From positions 133,386,653 through 133,450,652 of the forward strand of contig NC_052162.1 of NCBI RefSeq assembly GCF_902713615.1: 64,000 nt of DNA, given 5' to 3'. Position 1 is the stretch's first letter. Every line of letters starts with the position of its first letter. Source of the stretch: Scyliorhinus canicula. Lineage: Eukaryota. This document shows, piece after piece, positions 49,900 to 60,785 of the stretch. A model generated the notes under the pieces. That model was not told the DNA's origin and did not search any database. It saw only the letters and a list, made by a program, of their open reading frames with translations. The position numbers were made by a program, and so were the translations under genes.

Positions 49900-50760
49900 A
49901 TGCAGATGAACAGATTTAATCACCATTTCAAACATGTCTAAATGTACGATAAAAGCAACTTGCTGCGGGTGTGTCAATAGGAAACAAAAACAGAAAACAC
50001 AGCACAGTCTCAGCAGATCTGACAGGGTCTGTGGAGAGAGATGGCAAGTGTCGTTTCGAGTCTGGGCGACTCTTTGTCAAACTGGAGAACGGGCTATAGG
50101 GTCAGATTCAGACTCTTGTGGCTGGGGCGGGGCTGACGTGACGCATTGGTCCTTGGTACAGTGTCAGCGACTGGTGGCAAATGACGAAAATGTGTTGGAC
50201 AGAAAGGAAAAGGGAATGTAATTGAGGCTAATCAAGGCTAAGAAAGGTGCTGATAGAGGCGCATTAAGAGGTCGGATTGTGTTAATGGCAGAACAAAGGT
50301 AAGCAGCGAGGCAGAGGAAAATAAGATGAAAATCACTTATTGTCACAAGTGGGCTTCAAATGAAGTTACTGTCGCCACATTCCGGCGCCTGTTTGGGGTG
50401 GCTGGTACGGGAATTAAACCGTGCCGCTGGCCTATATTGGTCCGCTTTCAAACCCAGCGATTTCGCACTGTGCTAATCCAACCCCTGGAATAGAGATCAG
50501 ATTGCTCAAGTGGGATCGGATGGGCTGGATGGAGGGGGCAATGATGAGGGCAAAACATATCGTTTGAATGAGTTTAAATAAGTTGATGAAAATAAACAGG
50601 TGGTGAAGGGAGTAGAGAGAGTTCACAGTCTGAGGTTGTTGAACTGAATGTTAAGTCGGAAAGGCTGCAACATGCCTAATCAGAGGATGAGGAGCTATTC
50701 CCCCAGTTTCTGCTGGGTTTCTGTGGAACATTACAGCAGGCCAAATTCGAAATTAGGACA
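49900..50760 (-). mobile_element. Second copy of the Penelope remnant plus flank, with a SINE inserted at about 50322-50485
   Basis: Begins with the same CAGATG.AGATGAACA.ATTTAATCACCATTTCAA as 46604. Confidence 0.75.
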
Positions 50761-51155
50761 TACATAATAAATAAATACGTGAATGTAAATGGGGAATTGG
50801 GAATGTTTCGCTGTCAAAATAAATATTGGGTAAAAATAGACTAGCGATTCAAGAAGGCAATTCGCCATCACCGGCTCAATAGCAAATAGTTGTGGCCAAT
50901 AATTGCCGGAGCAGCCAGGGGTGTTCACATCCCCCAATGAATCAAATGGAACAGACAGAGAGCTGCCTGAATCCACCTGAATTAGTGACTCGAGATAAGT
51001 GAATGTCCACACATAGACAAGCTTTTCAAAAATGTCTCGATTTTCCCGGGAACGTTTTGATTCTCAAAGCAAACACAATGTGAATGAATCCCGCCGTCTG
51101 CTCCGCAAAGAAATGAAGAAAACATGTTGCTTGTCCAACGGAAAACCTCATCAAA

Positions 51156-51243
51156 GGGCTCGTACAGGATTTGAACCCGGGACCTCTCACAAATTTCGAC
51201 CCCAATACACCCGAAGTAAGAATCAACACGAGACCAACGAACC
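51156..51243 (-). pseudogene. Second tRNA-Pro(CGG) with an 18-nt insert (51192-51209); degenerate
   Basis: GGTTCGTTGGTCTCGTGTTGATTCTTACTTCGGG[TGTATTGGGGTCGAAATT]TGTGAGAGGTCCCGGGTTCAAATCCTGTACGAGCCC; D loop 2 nt short; 3' flank homologous to that of 48629-48718. Confidence 0.82.
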
Positions 51244-51894
51244 CCTCGTAAGTGATCGAAGCATACTGTCATTGCCATCGAAAGTCGATCTAACATCTGC
51301 GGAGAACGCCAAAAGTACAGCAACAACTCAGGGAGTCAGGCGGCATTTGTGGACAGGACAACAAAGTTCGTCTTTCACCATCACCTTTCATTAAAACCGG
51401 GACAGATTAGAAACGTAGGACGTCTTAACCAAGTGAGATCCCGGAGGGAGGAAACAGCAACAGGAAAGGGCTCTAATAGGGGGCAAGTCAGGAGAGACCC
51501 TGGCCACAGGGTGAGGTTAGCATCGAATCAGAGAATTATTAGAAGGGACACTCAATTGATGTGCTAAAAAATATTCATTTTGGTGGTATATATCACAAGT
51601 AATTTTTTCTAAAAGCAGCAGAGAAAATCTTCCCGATTACATGAAAAAATAGATAGTGAGAGATGAATTTGATTTATTATGATGAATTTTATTTACTGTG
51701 TTGCGATCTGTTAACATCCGTACTTCAACGGAAACGTTCAAAGGAGAATTGTGAAGGGAAAGCATCATGGGTAATGTGGGGTGTGAAAGGCGATTGGGAC
51801 AGCGTTTTCAAATAGACACAGGAAAACTGAATCCTCATTCCGTTCCCTAAATCTCTATGATTCATGAGCGTTCATGTCACTCCCTCACTGTTTG

Positions 51895-52150
51895 TTCTCA
51901 GTTACTTGAGCAGTGAGCAGGTGCAGGATGGTCACAGGCCTCTGGAGATTGAACCGTCGCAATTTCCGCTCCAGCAGTTGATCCGCCGCACAGTTTGATC
52001 AGTTTAGAGTCTGCGGTGTCCACGACCACAGCTTCCGTTTGCTGCTCTCGATATGAACCGATTGTGCTGGTGGGTACATCGCTGCCTCTGGCCCCTTCCT
52101 ATCACTACTTCTGTAAACAATGCAGTGGTGCAGGAATCTGTATGTCTGCG
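51895..52150 (+). promoter_or_regulatory. Inverted paralog of the V promoter at 60540-60785
   Basis: Reverse complement aligns by eye over about 250 bp, including CGGAAGCTGTGG (52025-52037) and ATCCTGCACCTGCTCACTG (CAGGTG at 51918-51923). Confidence 0.65.
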
Positions 52151-53137
52151 TCAGTAGATCATTTCCTGCATTGAATAACCACGGAAAACATTAGTTGTTG
52201 ATCTAAAGTGCAACCACAAATGCTGTGTCTGATTCTATCATATAAACACATAGAGTAGATGGAATGAGATAGGAACTCAGAAGTAAATATAATTTACATG
52301 AGTCAAAGAGGACAAAGAATTCAAGGATCGAATGCGAAAATTTGGGAACACGATGCTGATGATGTCACAGAGTTAAATGATCCAGGATTTACCAACAGCG
52401 ACGCAGATATTAGAAAATATACAGCAAGTGTAAATATGTATATATCGCTGTTAGGAATGCTGTTCAAACACATGGAAGGTTCCGTTACTCTTCTTTCATT
52501 TGGTATTAACCTCACAGTCAGAGTGTGGGAGGGATTGGGAAAGGTGAAGCAGGGATGAGAGACAATAATCCTGAGCAGAGACTTCAGCAACTGGAGCACG
52601 AGAAACGGTGCCGGGAACAGAATCCATCAATCAGCTTAAGGAAGAAGTGGATAAATATCGGACCAGTAAATAGAAATTTAAAAATGATTAAATCTATGGA
52701 ACAAGCAGATTATTAATCAGTGGATAACCCCTTAAGCGAGACAGTACAAAATAATGGACCGAATTTCCTCTCTTTGGGCTGTAAAACACTATGATTGTAA
52801 GATAATCAATGGCTCTGCTCAGTCAGACAGGAAACAGAGCACTGACTATCTGAATCATTGTAACCTGGTGTTACACACAGGAAGCAGAGAGGTTTGGAAT
52901 CAGTGACGGTTCAAGTGGTCTATGGATTGAGAAACAGCCAATCGCTCAGTGGCACGGTGAGTAACGCCAGGTAACGACATCCCATAATAGTCCAATCGGT
53001 GACAATGTGGCCCCTCAGTCTCACATTGAGGGGGAGCAAGACCCAGTCTGGAAATCAGACCCGGATTGATCCGCCTTTTGTCCACTTTCATCATCGTGAC
53101 CAGGAATCCCAGGAAAGAGCTGTTTCCAGCTGGAACT

Positions 53138-53521
53138 ATGAAGCTGCTGATATTGGGTGAGTTTATTTTCTTATCTGAAGCATTGTTTTAACAATCACAT
53201 AACACCGTGTGGTTATGTGGATTTTATTTTGTTCCCAGCTGTTCAGTGTGAGGATCAGAGCTCCCACCCTGGAGCAGGCGGTGTCCCGGGAAGGGCATCG
53301 GGCTGAACTGAACTGCTGGCTCACCATTGGTTCTGGCTATTTCGTAGTCTGGTACAGACAGACACTGACCGGGGCTCCCACATTTATCGCCTCCATTTAC
53401 CAAGGGACTGAGACCAAAGGACGCTACACCCTGTCTTTGGAGAGAACAAAGAAGTCCAATGCCATCTGTATAGATGTCAGCGCGGTCCAGGACTCCGGAA
53501 TGTATCTCTGTGCAAAGCAGC
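53138..53521 (+). pseudogene. Inverted TCR V pseudogene (short leader 53138-53156, V exon 53239-53521)
   Basis: AELNCWL..YFVVWYRQ..GAPTFI..KGRYTLSL..DSGMYLCAK. The spliced frame (MKLLIL/AVQCEDQ..) is out of register with the V frame and stops early. Confidence 0.85.
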
Positions 53522-53560
53522 CACAGCGACACACAGAGCGGATCCGGCTGGACAATATCT
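53522..53560 (+). other. V recombination signal (23-RSS, variant)
   Basis: CACAGCG, 23 bp spacer, ACAATATCT. Confidence 0.8.
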
Positions 53561-54273
53561 TGTTCACTGTCGGGTCTCCGCTGCCCCGTTAACCTTTCCC
53601 CAAACCAGGACCCTTAAAGATGCCGGTGATGATCATAAATGTTACTTTCCCATGTTCAAACTTCTATCTGGACAATCTTCCAACACATTATAGCTGTTAC
53701 TAGTAAAGTAAAGCGGCCATAGACCCAAATCAGCAGAGGCTGCTCTCGACTTTGAGTGATTTAGCCGGATGATCATCCTCTGTCGAGGGACAAGGTTGAG
53801 AACGCGGGGTTTAGGAATAACCTCTGTTATAGCTGTTACAGGAGATATAGATGAACAGGACAGGTTAAGTAAACTTCTCTATTTAATTCTCCCAAACTAC
53901 AAAGTTAAGAGACAGGCAGAAAATCTGACTCTTCTTTCTCTTTCAAATACTGAGATTGACGTGCAAGAGAAAGATAGATAATGAATGATGCAGATATATA
54001 GAAAAACTGATAGTCGCTATATAGATGGTTGGATAGTCATGGGAACACAGACAGACAAATAGAATGGTAGATAGATTCAGTAAGAAGTTCCGAAACAAAC
54101 CTGTTGGACTTCAACCTCGTGTGGTAAAACTTCTTACTGTCCCACCCCAGTCCGGCATCTTCACATCATGATAGATAGACTGTTAGATTAGCTTATTCTG
54201 CCTATATACTCAAGCACTTTATCTATTTCTCCTTGGACATATCGTGATGTTAATTTTATTTCTGTTTTAACAG

Positions 54274-54782
54274 CTGTTCCTTGTCATTCAGAGACATTTC
54301 AGATATCGATATCTCGGGTAACACAATGTCAGACTATCTCGCTTCATCACAACGCTACTTTCACTACAAATGACTGGTGCCGGCAGTTTTCCAATCAAGC
54401 TCCCGAGTATCTGGTCTCCACACTCGGAGGTTAAAGAGTTCAGGGAAGGTTTAAAGTATCCCTGGACCTTGAGAATGGCTCCATCACTCTCAGTGTTTTT
54501 TTTAAATTTAGATTAACCAATTATTTTTTCCAATTAAGGGGCAATTTAACATGGCCAATCCACCTACTCTGCACATTTTTGGGTTGTGGGGGCGAAACCC
54601 ACGCAGACACGGGGAGAATATGCAAACTCCACACGGACAGTGACCCAGAGCCGGGATCGAACCTGGGACCTCAGCGCCGTGAGGCGGTTGTGCTAACCAC
54701 TAGGCCACCGTGCTGCCCAATCACTCTCAGTGTTAACACAGTTGAGCTGACAGACTGTGCGGTGTATTACAATGCAGTGAGA
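54274..54782 (+). pseudogene. Inverted TCR V pseudogene interrupted by a SINE
   Basis: AVPC..ISLHHNATF..WCRQFSNQAPEYLV..*..GRFKVSLD..SITLSV[SINE]NTVELTDCAVYYNAVR; both canonical Cys lost, TAA at 54432; CACTGTG at 54783-54789 with a decayed nonamer. Confidence 0.85.
54498..54719 (-). mobile_element. V-SINE with a 15-bp TSD
   Basis: ATCACTCTCAGTGTT at 54483-54497 and 54720-54734. Confidence 0.92.
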
Positions 54783-55352
54783 CACTGTGTAACAAAGAGT
54801 TGAGAACCCTGTACCCTGCTCACTCGATATGGGGACTGCAGAGACATGTGGCGAATGGGCTTTAGAACTGAGTGTGATACCAGAAAAATCGATTAAAAGG
54901 TTCTTCCTTCTGAACTTAATACATATACTTTATTGTTTCTAATAATCTAAGTTGCAGATTGTCCTTAGTAGAAACACGTAAATCATTGGGTGATACATTG
55001 GTTTACTGCTATTTGGTTACCATCATTGTTTGATGTTTAGGGAACCTTCAAGCCTTCCATTCTTCCGAAATTAACATTGCAAATTTATCAGTTGTGGATA
55101 TATCAGTTTATTTCGTTAAGCTATTCATGCAAAGAGCAAGTAGTTTACAAATGACGTAAGCCCGTCCGAAGATTGAGGCAAAGGAACTCACATCAATCCG
55201 AAATCGCAAGTGTAGCAAAAGCAATGTGATGGAAAATGCATCAGATGCGGTAATAAAAACATCAAAGTAATAAACCCCGTATTAAGTTGCCACAATAAAA
55301 TCTCCCCAATATTCGAGGATAAATCGAGAATCGCTGTTTCACAGAGAATATT

Positions 55353-55366
55353 CCACTAGATGGCGC
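55353..55366 (+). promoter_or_regulatory. CTCF motif
   Basis: CCACTAGATGGCGC matches CCASYAGRKGGCRS at all positions. Confidence 0.7.
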
Positions 55367-55837
55367 GCTGGGACATTATCTGTGTCCAAATTTACAGACC
55401 CGCCAGTTTACCGTCGTAACAGCTGGCAGCCGAGGAGTACAGGAAATGTCTATGCTTCGTGTCATTTCCCGGTAAACGATATGTATTTAGGGCAAGAGCC
55501 AATGTATGAAGTACAGAAGCTCTGGCACAGAGCACGTTTCTGGGCCTGAGACTCTGGAATCTAGTCCCACTTCGGGACTTTCTGGTCCGTAGCCTGGTTA
55601 AACGGATCGATGAGCAGCTGTAAATTCTTCCATTATGCCCAATTACGGGTCGTAAGAGCTGCAGGGTTTTCTGGTCAAACAAACTGCAGGAGGCGATTGA
55701 AAACACTGCAGTCAAGTATAATCATCGAATGTTAGAATTGAAAATTTGAGAGATCACCTCGGTTTCAGGCCCCAATTCAGACTCGCCCCTAATCGCAATG
55801 TTTGCCTAACGTTATGTGATTTTATCGCCGCTCTGAC

Positions 55838-55876
55838 AGTTTTTGTACAGGTTCAACCCAGTTCTATATCTCTGTG
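55838..55876 (-). other. V recombination signal (23-RSS)
   Basis: CACAGAG, 23 bp spacer, ACAAAAACT. Confidence 0.92.
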
Positions 55877-56771
55877 GGGCGCAGCGCGCAGTAATACACC
55901 GCGGAGTCTGCCAGCTCTGTAAGAGTCACATTCAGCGGGACGGTGCGGATTGTATCATTCAGCTCCGCTGAGAAACGCCCCCCAGGGGATATCTCTGTGT
56001 TTTTGATGTATTTACTTCTGCGCAGCATGTACTCCATGGATCCGCTTGGGTACTGACGGTACCAGAATAGGTAAGGATCTGTGCTACCTGTAGCTGTATA
56101 ATTACAGAATAACTTCACATCTTCTCCTTCATTAACTGTGACTGCAGCCTGTGTCTGTGAAACGGAGTCTCCTCGACAATGTCCTGTAAGAACCCAGAGA
56201 TATTAAATGACACAATGCGACTTCACCATTTTCCCCAGATTTTTTCCGTCATCCTGAATATTACCCCCAGAGAGAAATCAGACAGCAGAACAGAAATATA
56301 TTTTTCACAGCTCAGTGGCTGTAACGGGAAGCTGCTTGTGTCCATTAAATAAATCTTGTATCATAAAGATTCAGTTCTTTCTAACGAGGTCCGGTCCTCG
56401 GTTTCAGTCACTGTAACTGGAAGCGGAAAGTACTAACGGTCAATCTGTTTGACAGTCTGCTGTTTGTCAAGGTCATTCACTGGGACGAGAGGAGCTTCAA
56501 TCTCAGCCAAACTCTACTGCTCTCATTCGCCCCGGGAAACGTGGCGACTTCCAGCAAACAGTGTTCCGTGTTTAGACCAGCGCGATCCGGATGACTTTTC
56601 CATGTTGGGGTCAATCACTTTGTCCGACCACCCACACCCTTGTATTAAGCAAACCGCCTGACAGAATGTAATGTGTAGAAAAGCTGTGACATAAAGAGTT
56701 GAGCAACTTGTGAACTTACCGCTTAAAAGAGCGGCCGCTGAGATGAATAAATACAAAATAACAGGCGACAT
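55877..56771 (-). CDS. TRAV/TRDV: Intact TCR alpha/delta V gene segment (leader 56720-56771, V exon 55877-56183)
   Basis: Spliced: MSPVILYLFISAAALLSGHCRGDSVSQTQAAVTVNEGEDVKLFCNYTATGSTDPYLFWYRQYPSGSMEYMLRRSKYIKNTEISPGGRFSAELNDTIRTVPLNVTLTELADSAVYYCALRP. Confidence 0.95.
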
Positions 56772-56848
56772 GTTTGCAGAAAGCTTGCGGCGGTTTCAAC
56801 AGAATGCACTGAGCTTGAAATTGTTTCAGGCAAGAGTGGAGAAGAGGT

Positions 56849-56912
56849 TGAGTCACTTCCGGGTTAATGTTGATTGGTACATTGCCGAAAACGTCATCGG
56901 GTGACATCCAAT
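56849..56912. promoter_or_regulatory. V promoter: AP-1/CRE + ETS, CCAAT boxes, CRE half-sites
   Basis: TGAGTCACTTCCGG (56849-56862), TGATTGG, ACGTCA, GTGACATC and CCAATC. Confidence 0.6.
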
Positions 56913-57059
56913 CAGCTTCAAGCTCCTTTGTTCTTCAGTTCAAACAATGATCTCACAGTTCCTTTGATCTCCAATTAATCCGATTGGCGCAGAGCGAAAT
57001 GAACAAAGTGAATTGGTCATATGGCAACAGAGATTTGGACTGGAATCAAACCGAGTGTT

Positions 57060-57432
57060 GACCCAACTTTAACACATTCAACCCCTCATGCGGATTGAAT
57101 GTAAACTGCGAGTGGTCCAGTAACAGTGCTGAAGGACCCAATTAAAATAGCTACTCTCTGACGATGAGAACTCGCCGCAGCTGATCGAGTATCGAATAGA
57201 ACAATACGACAAATAGACACGGCACGTTGTAACTGAGTTAGATGGTGGAGAGGGGAGGATGGCTGTTTGTTGTATTCTATATAAATGTTTCTGGATCATA
57301 ACTCTCCAGTCACCTGAAGAAGAAACTGCGCTCCGAAAGCTCGTGTTTGAATCAAACATGTTGGACTTTAACCTGGTGTTGTCAGACTTCTTACTGTGCT
57401 CACCCCAGTCCAACGCCGGGATCTCCACATCA
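57060..57432 (+). mobile_element. Penelope-like terminal region with a hammerhead-like core
   Basis: CTGAAGA (57314-57320), decayed stem II, GAAAG (57335-57339), then AAACATGTTGGACTTTAACCTGGTGTTG; partial copy near 54095-54170. Confidence 0.5.
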
Positions 57433-58263
57433 TGTTGTATTTGTGAGCAATAGGAATATGTGTTCACAGGACGGGCTCGGTGAACTTGGGATGAGTTGAT
57501 AATTAGAAATCTTTACAGATTACTGATTTTAAAAATAATTGTGTTTCCGGGAAATTAATAGTTAACCAACAGGACCACTGACATCCACTGGAAATGGATG
57601 GCTGCACTTAGAACAATGTAATTCAATAAACTGGTCAAGTCTCCTTTCACCGCATCTTCCGAACCCGCAAACTCTTCCATGTAGAAGGACAGGGACAGCA
57701 GACACATGGGACACCATCACCTGCAAGTTTTTCTCCAAGACACACACTCTCCTCACTTGGAAATCTATCGCCCTTCCTTTAGTTTCGCGGCGCCAGCATC
57801 ACTTCACAAATTGTCTCTTATGCTTTCCTGGAGCGGATTGAAAAATAGGAATGTCAGGAAGGAGAAATGCATAAAAGCGAGAAATAATGAATGCGAAATC
57901 TAAAACAAAAAGAGAGGCAAGGAACAGCTTAATTATAATCACCTATTGTCACAAGTAGGCTTCAATGAAGTTACTGTGAAAACCCCTAGTCGCCACATTC
58001 CGATGCCTGTTCGGGGAGCCGGTACGGGAATTGAACTGCATTCACAAGCCAGTTATTTAGCCCACTGTGCTAAACCACTCTGCTAAACCAGAAATAAAGC
58101 AAAAATGCATTTCCTTCGAACTCACTGCTGTTTTATTTGCGCCTATTTAAAATGTCGAATTGTTTGGAACACGTCTCTCAATCAAAGGCCGCTGTAAACC
58201 ACCTACCCCATTGATGAACTTGTGCTTTATTGGTGATCCGGACCGTGTAAAGTTCCCGAATCG

Positions 58264-58277
58264 CCATCAGAGGGCGC
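58264..58277 (+). promoter_or_regulatory. CTCF motif
   Basis: CCATCAGAGGGCGC, one mismatch to the consensus. Confidence 0.6.
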
Positions 58278-58439
58278 TCTGGTCACATATGGTCCCAATT
58301 CCTAACTGGAAGTATTGAAATAAACCTTGTGGTGCCCTCGCCATGGGCTGCCAGGCTGCAGCCTCATGTCGCTGTTCAGACTCAGAACCGCCTTACCTGG
58401 TCTGCATTGTTGGAGATGTTGCTGCCGATGTTCCTTTTG

Positions 58440-58830
58440 GGTTTTGATTGTATCACTTTTTAAATTAATTTATGGGATGTGGGTTTCGCTGGCTAGACTA
58501 GAATTTATTGCCCATCCCCAGTTCCCTTTCAGAAGGTAGTGGTGAGTTACCTTCTTGACCCACTGCAGCCCTTCAGGTGTAGGTACAACCACAGTGCTGG
58601 TAGAGAGACATTCCAGGATGTTGCCCCAGCGACAGTGAAGGAATGGTGATATGTTTCCCAGTCAGGGTGGTAAGTCACTTGGAGGGGAGCCTCCAGGTGG
58701 TAGGGTTCCCAGATACCTGCTGCTCGTGTCCTTCCAGATGGTAGTGGCCGTGGGTTTGGAAGATGCTGAGTAAGGGATATTGGTGAGTTCCTGCAGTGCA
58801 TCTTGTAAATGGAAAGCAATGCAATGGCCG
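58440..58830 (-). mobile_element. LINE 3' remnant, same family as 725-1245
   Basis: MLSIYKMHCRNSP..L.QHLPNPRPLPSGRTRAAG on the minus strand. Confidence 0.7.
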
Positions 58831-59955
58831 GCGATCGGTATTACTGTTGCAGTAGAAAATTCCCTGAACTCTGACTGGCGGAGAATGAACCATAGCTCAC
58901 CACTTTACATCATTATATCATATTAGTCATCGGTTCATTCCTAGATTTGAATATCTCTTGACTTCCTAACTCATGTAACTCAGATTTAATTGTTGGTTAA
59001 CTAATAACTAGTTAATTTTTATTCCTCATTTGGACGTTGGTGGCATGGACAGTATTTGATGTCCATCAGAATAGCTCTTTATCCGAGAGGCTGCTAGGTC
59101 TCTACAGAGGGAAACTAAGCGTCAAGGAGATTTGTGTGGATCTAGAGCTACATGTACATCACTGCCCTGATGTGACAGTTGCAAGTCGTGGGATGTTCAG
59201 TTTGAGCGGTCCTGACTTGATGTTCGGAGAAGAAACAAAGGATTTGCAACATCTTCCTATCTATTCTATCTATGTCCTTCATCATTTAGTACACATCCAT
59301 GAGGTCACAATCAGGCTGCTCTGCTTTAAGGAGAACAATCCCAACCTAACCGGCCTCGCTTCTTGGCTCAAACGTTTGTGTGAAACTCCTCTGCACCCTT
59401 TCGAGTGCAATCATGTTGTTCCTACAGTGTGGCGACCAGAACGCCAGACAGCACTGGAGCTGCGGCTAAAGCAACTTTCTATGCAGCTCCCTTCTCTTAT
59501 ATTCTATGCCTCGGCTAATAAAGGCTTTCCCGAAAGACTTTTTACTACGTTATGGAATCATAGAATCTCTACAGTGTAGAAGGAGGCCATTCGTTCCATA
59601 CTGTGGGTCAGCAGTCTATCACCAACGGTGTTAGTGTTAGTAAATTATTCAGCACTGAGCGAAATCTTCATCAGTGATATGGATGGAAACGAGGACCGAT
59701 TGGCTGATTGGGATGGTTCTGAATAGACGTCCAAGGTATCAGAGAAAAAGCTTCAAATGTTTATATTAAGGCAGGAAAAAGGAAATGCACATGACTTCCA
59801 GAAATACATAAAGTAAAGCGTAGCTAGGGACAAACGTCGGAGTGTTGCTTTTGTTGCAATTTGAAGAATCTCCCTGTCACTCTCACTGTGGAAACTGACT
59901 TTCCCGCGTGTGTGCGCGCGCCATCTGCCGAACACTAACATGAACTGTCAATGAG

Positions 59956-59994
59956 AGTTTTTGTACGGATCCGCTATATCTCTGCAGCAGTGTG
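59956..59994 (-). other. V recombination signal (23-RSS)
   Basis: CACACTG, 23 bp spacer, ACAAAAACT. Confidence 0.92.
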
Positions 59995-60492
59995 GGCTTC
60001 ATAGCACAGAAATACACGGCGCTGTCCGAGATTAGTGTTTTACGGATTGTTAGCTGGGTAGTCTTGTTCTTTTTCTCAAACGAAGAAGAAAAGCGATCAC
60101 TGAGGTCGGTGACCCTTTGCACAGTACCTCCAACAAGCTGAAACATGTACACTGGCGCTTTCCCGGAGTGTTGACTGTACCAGGACACATACGGGCTGAG
60201 ATTGCTTGTTTTCAAGTTGCAGGTCAGTGTGACAATACTGTCCTCTTTAACCGTTGTTTCAGAATCCGGTTGCTCTACAGAATCTTGCTGGCTGGATTCT
60301 AACAGAAAGAATAGTAAAATCAACATTCAGTATCTGTCTCATATTAATCAACATACCCATCAGCTCCACAATCAATATTATTTTACCAACAATTCCATCT
60401 GGGTAACAGCAGTCGGAGAGGAGAATGGAGTTTTACTGGGACTTACTGAGAAGTGAGATAATGATGAGGAGAGAAGCGACACTGATCCCCAT
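59995..60492 (-). CDS. TRAV/TRDV: Intact TCR alpha/delta V gene segment (leader 60447-60492, V exon 59995-60298)
   Basis: Spliced: MGISVASLLIIISLLKSSQQDSVEQPDSETTVKEDSIVTLTCNLKTSNLSPYVSWYSQHSGKAPVYMFQLVGGTVQRVTDLSDRFSSSFEKKNKTTQLTIRKTLISDSAVYFCAMKP. Confidence 0.94.
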
Positions 60493-60539
60493 GATCCGTC
60501 CTGAGTCTGTAACTGTGCAGTGAGAGAAATCTTCTGTGA

Positions 60540-60785
60540 GAGACAGAAATACAGATCCCCGGCACACTGCACTGATGATCCAGCCAATGACAGGCAGTAG
60601 TCTCTCCAATTCGACAATCGGGTCAGAGCGAGAGCAGCGAACGGAAGCTGTGGGCGGGGAGACCGCGAACTCAATGTTGAGTGACGTGTGCGGTAGTTTC
60701 AGCTGCTCTCGGAGCGGAAACAGTGAGTGTTGAATCTCCAGAGGCCGCCACTATCCTGCACCTGCTCACTGTTCAAGAAATAGAG
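60540..60785 (-). promoter_or_regulatory. V promoter region with ETS-RUNX-like, CRE-like and E-box motifs
   Basis: CGGAAGCTGTGGG (60642-60654), TGACGTG, CACCTG (60759-60764); conserved in the inverted copy at 51895-52150. Confidence 0.55.

Noticed and set aside
53239-53521. Inverted V as a NAR-TCR V or IgH-like (TAILV) segment
   Set aside because: The AVQC leader end is suggestive, but the Trp-to-GRY spacing is like short TCR V alpha and longer than VNAR, and no IgH WVRQ/YYCAR pattern is present. A phylogenetic tree would be needed to reopen this.
57010-57065. Faint tRNA-like sequence
   Set aside because: No cloverleaf and no B box could be built.
59037-59579. 180-aa plus-strand ORF
   Set aside because: It is largely the antisense of a CR1 remnant, with no recognisable domain.
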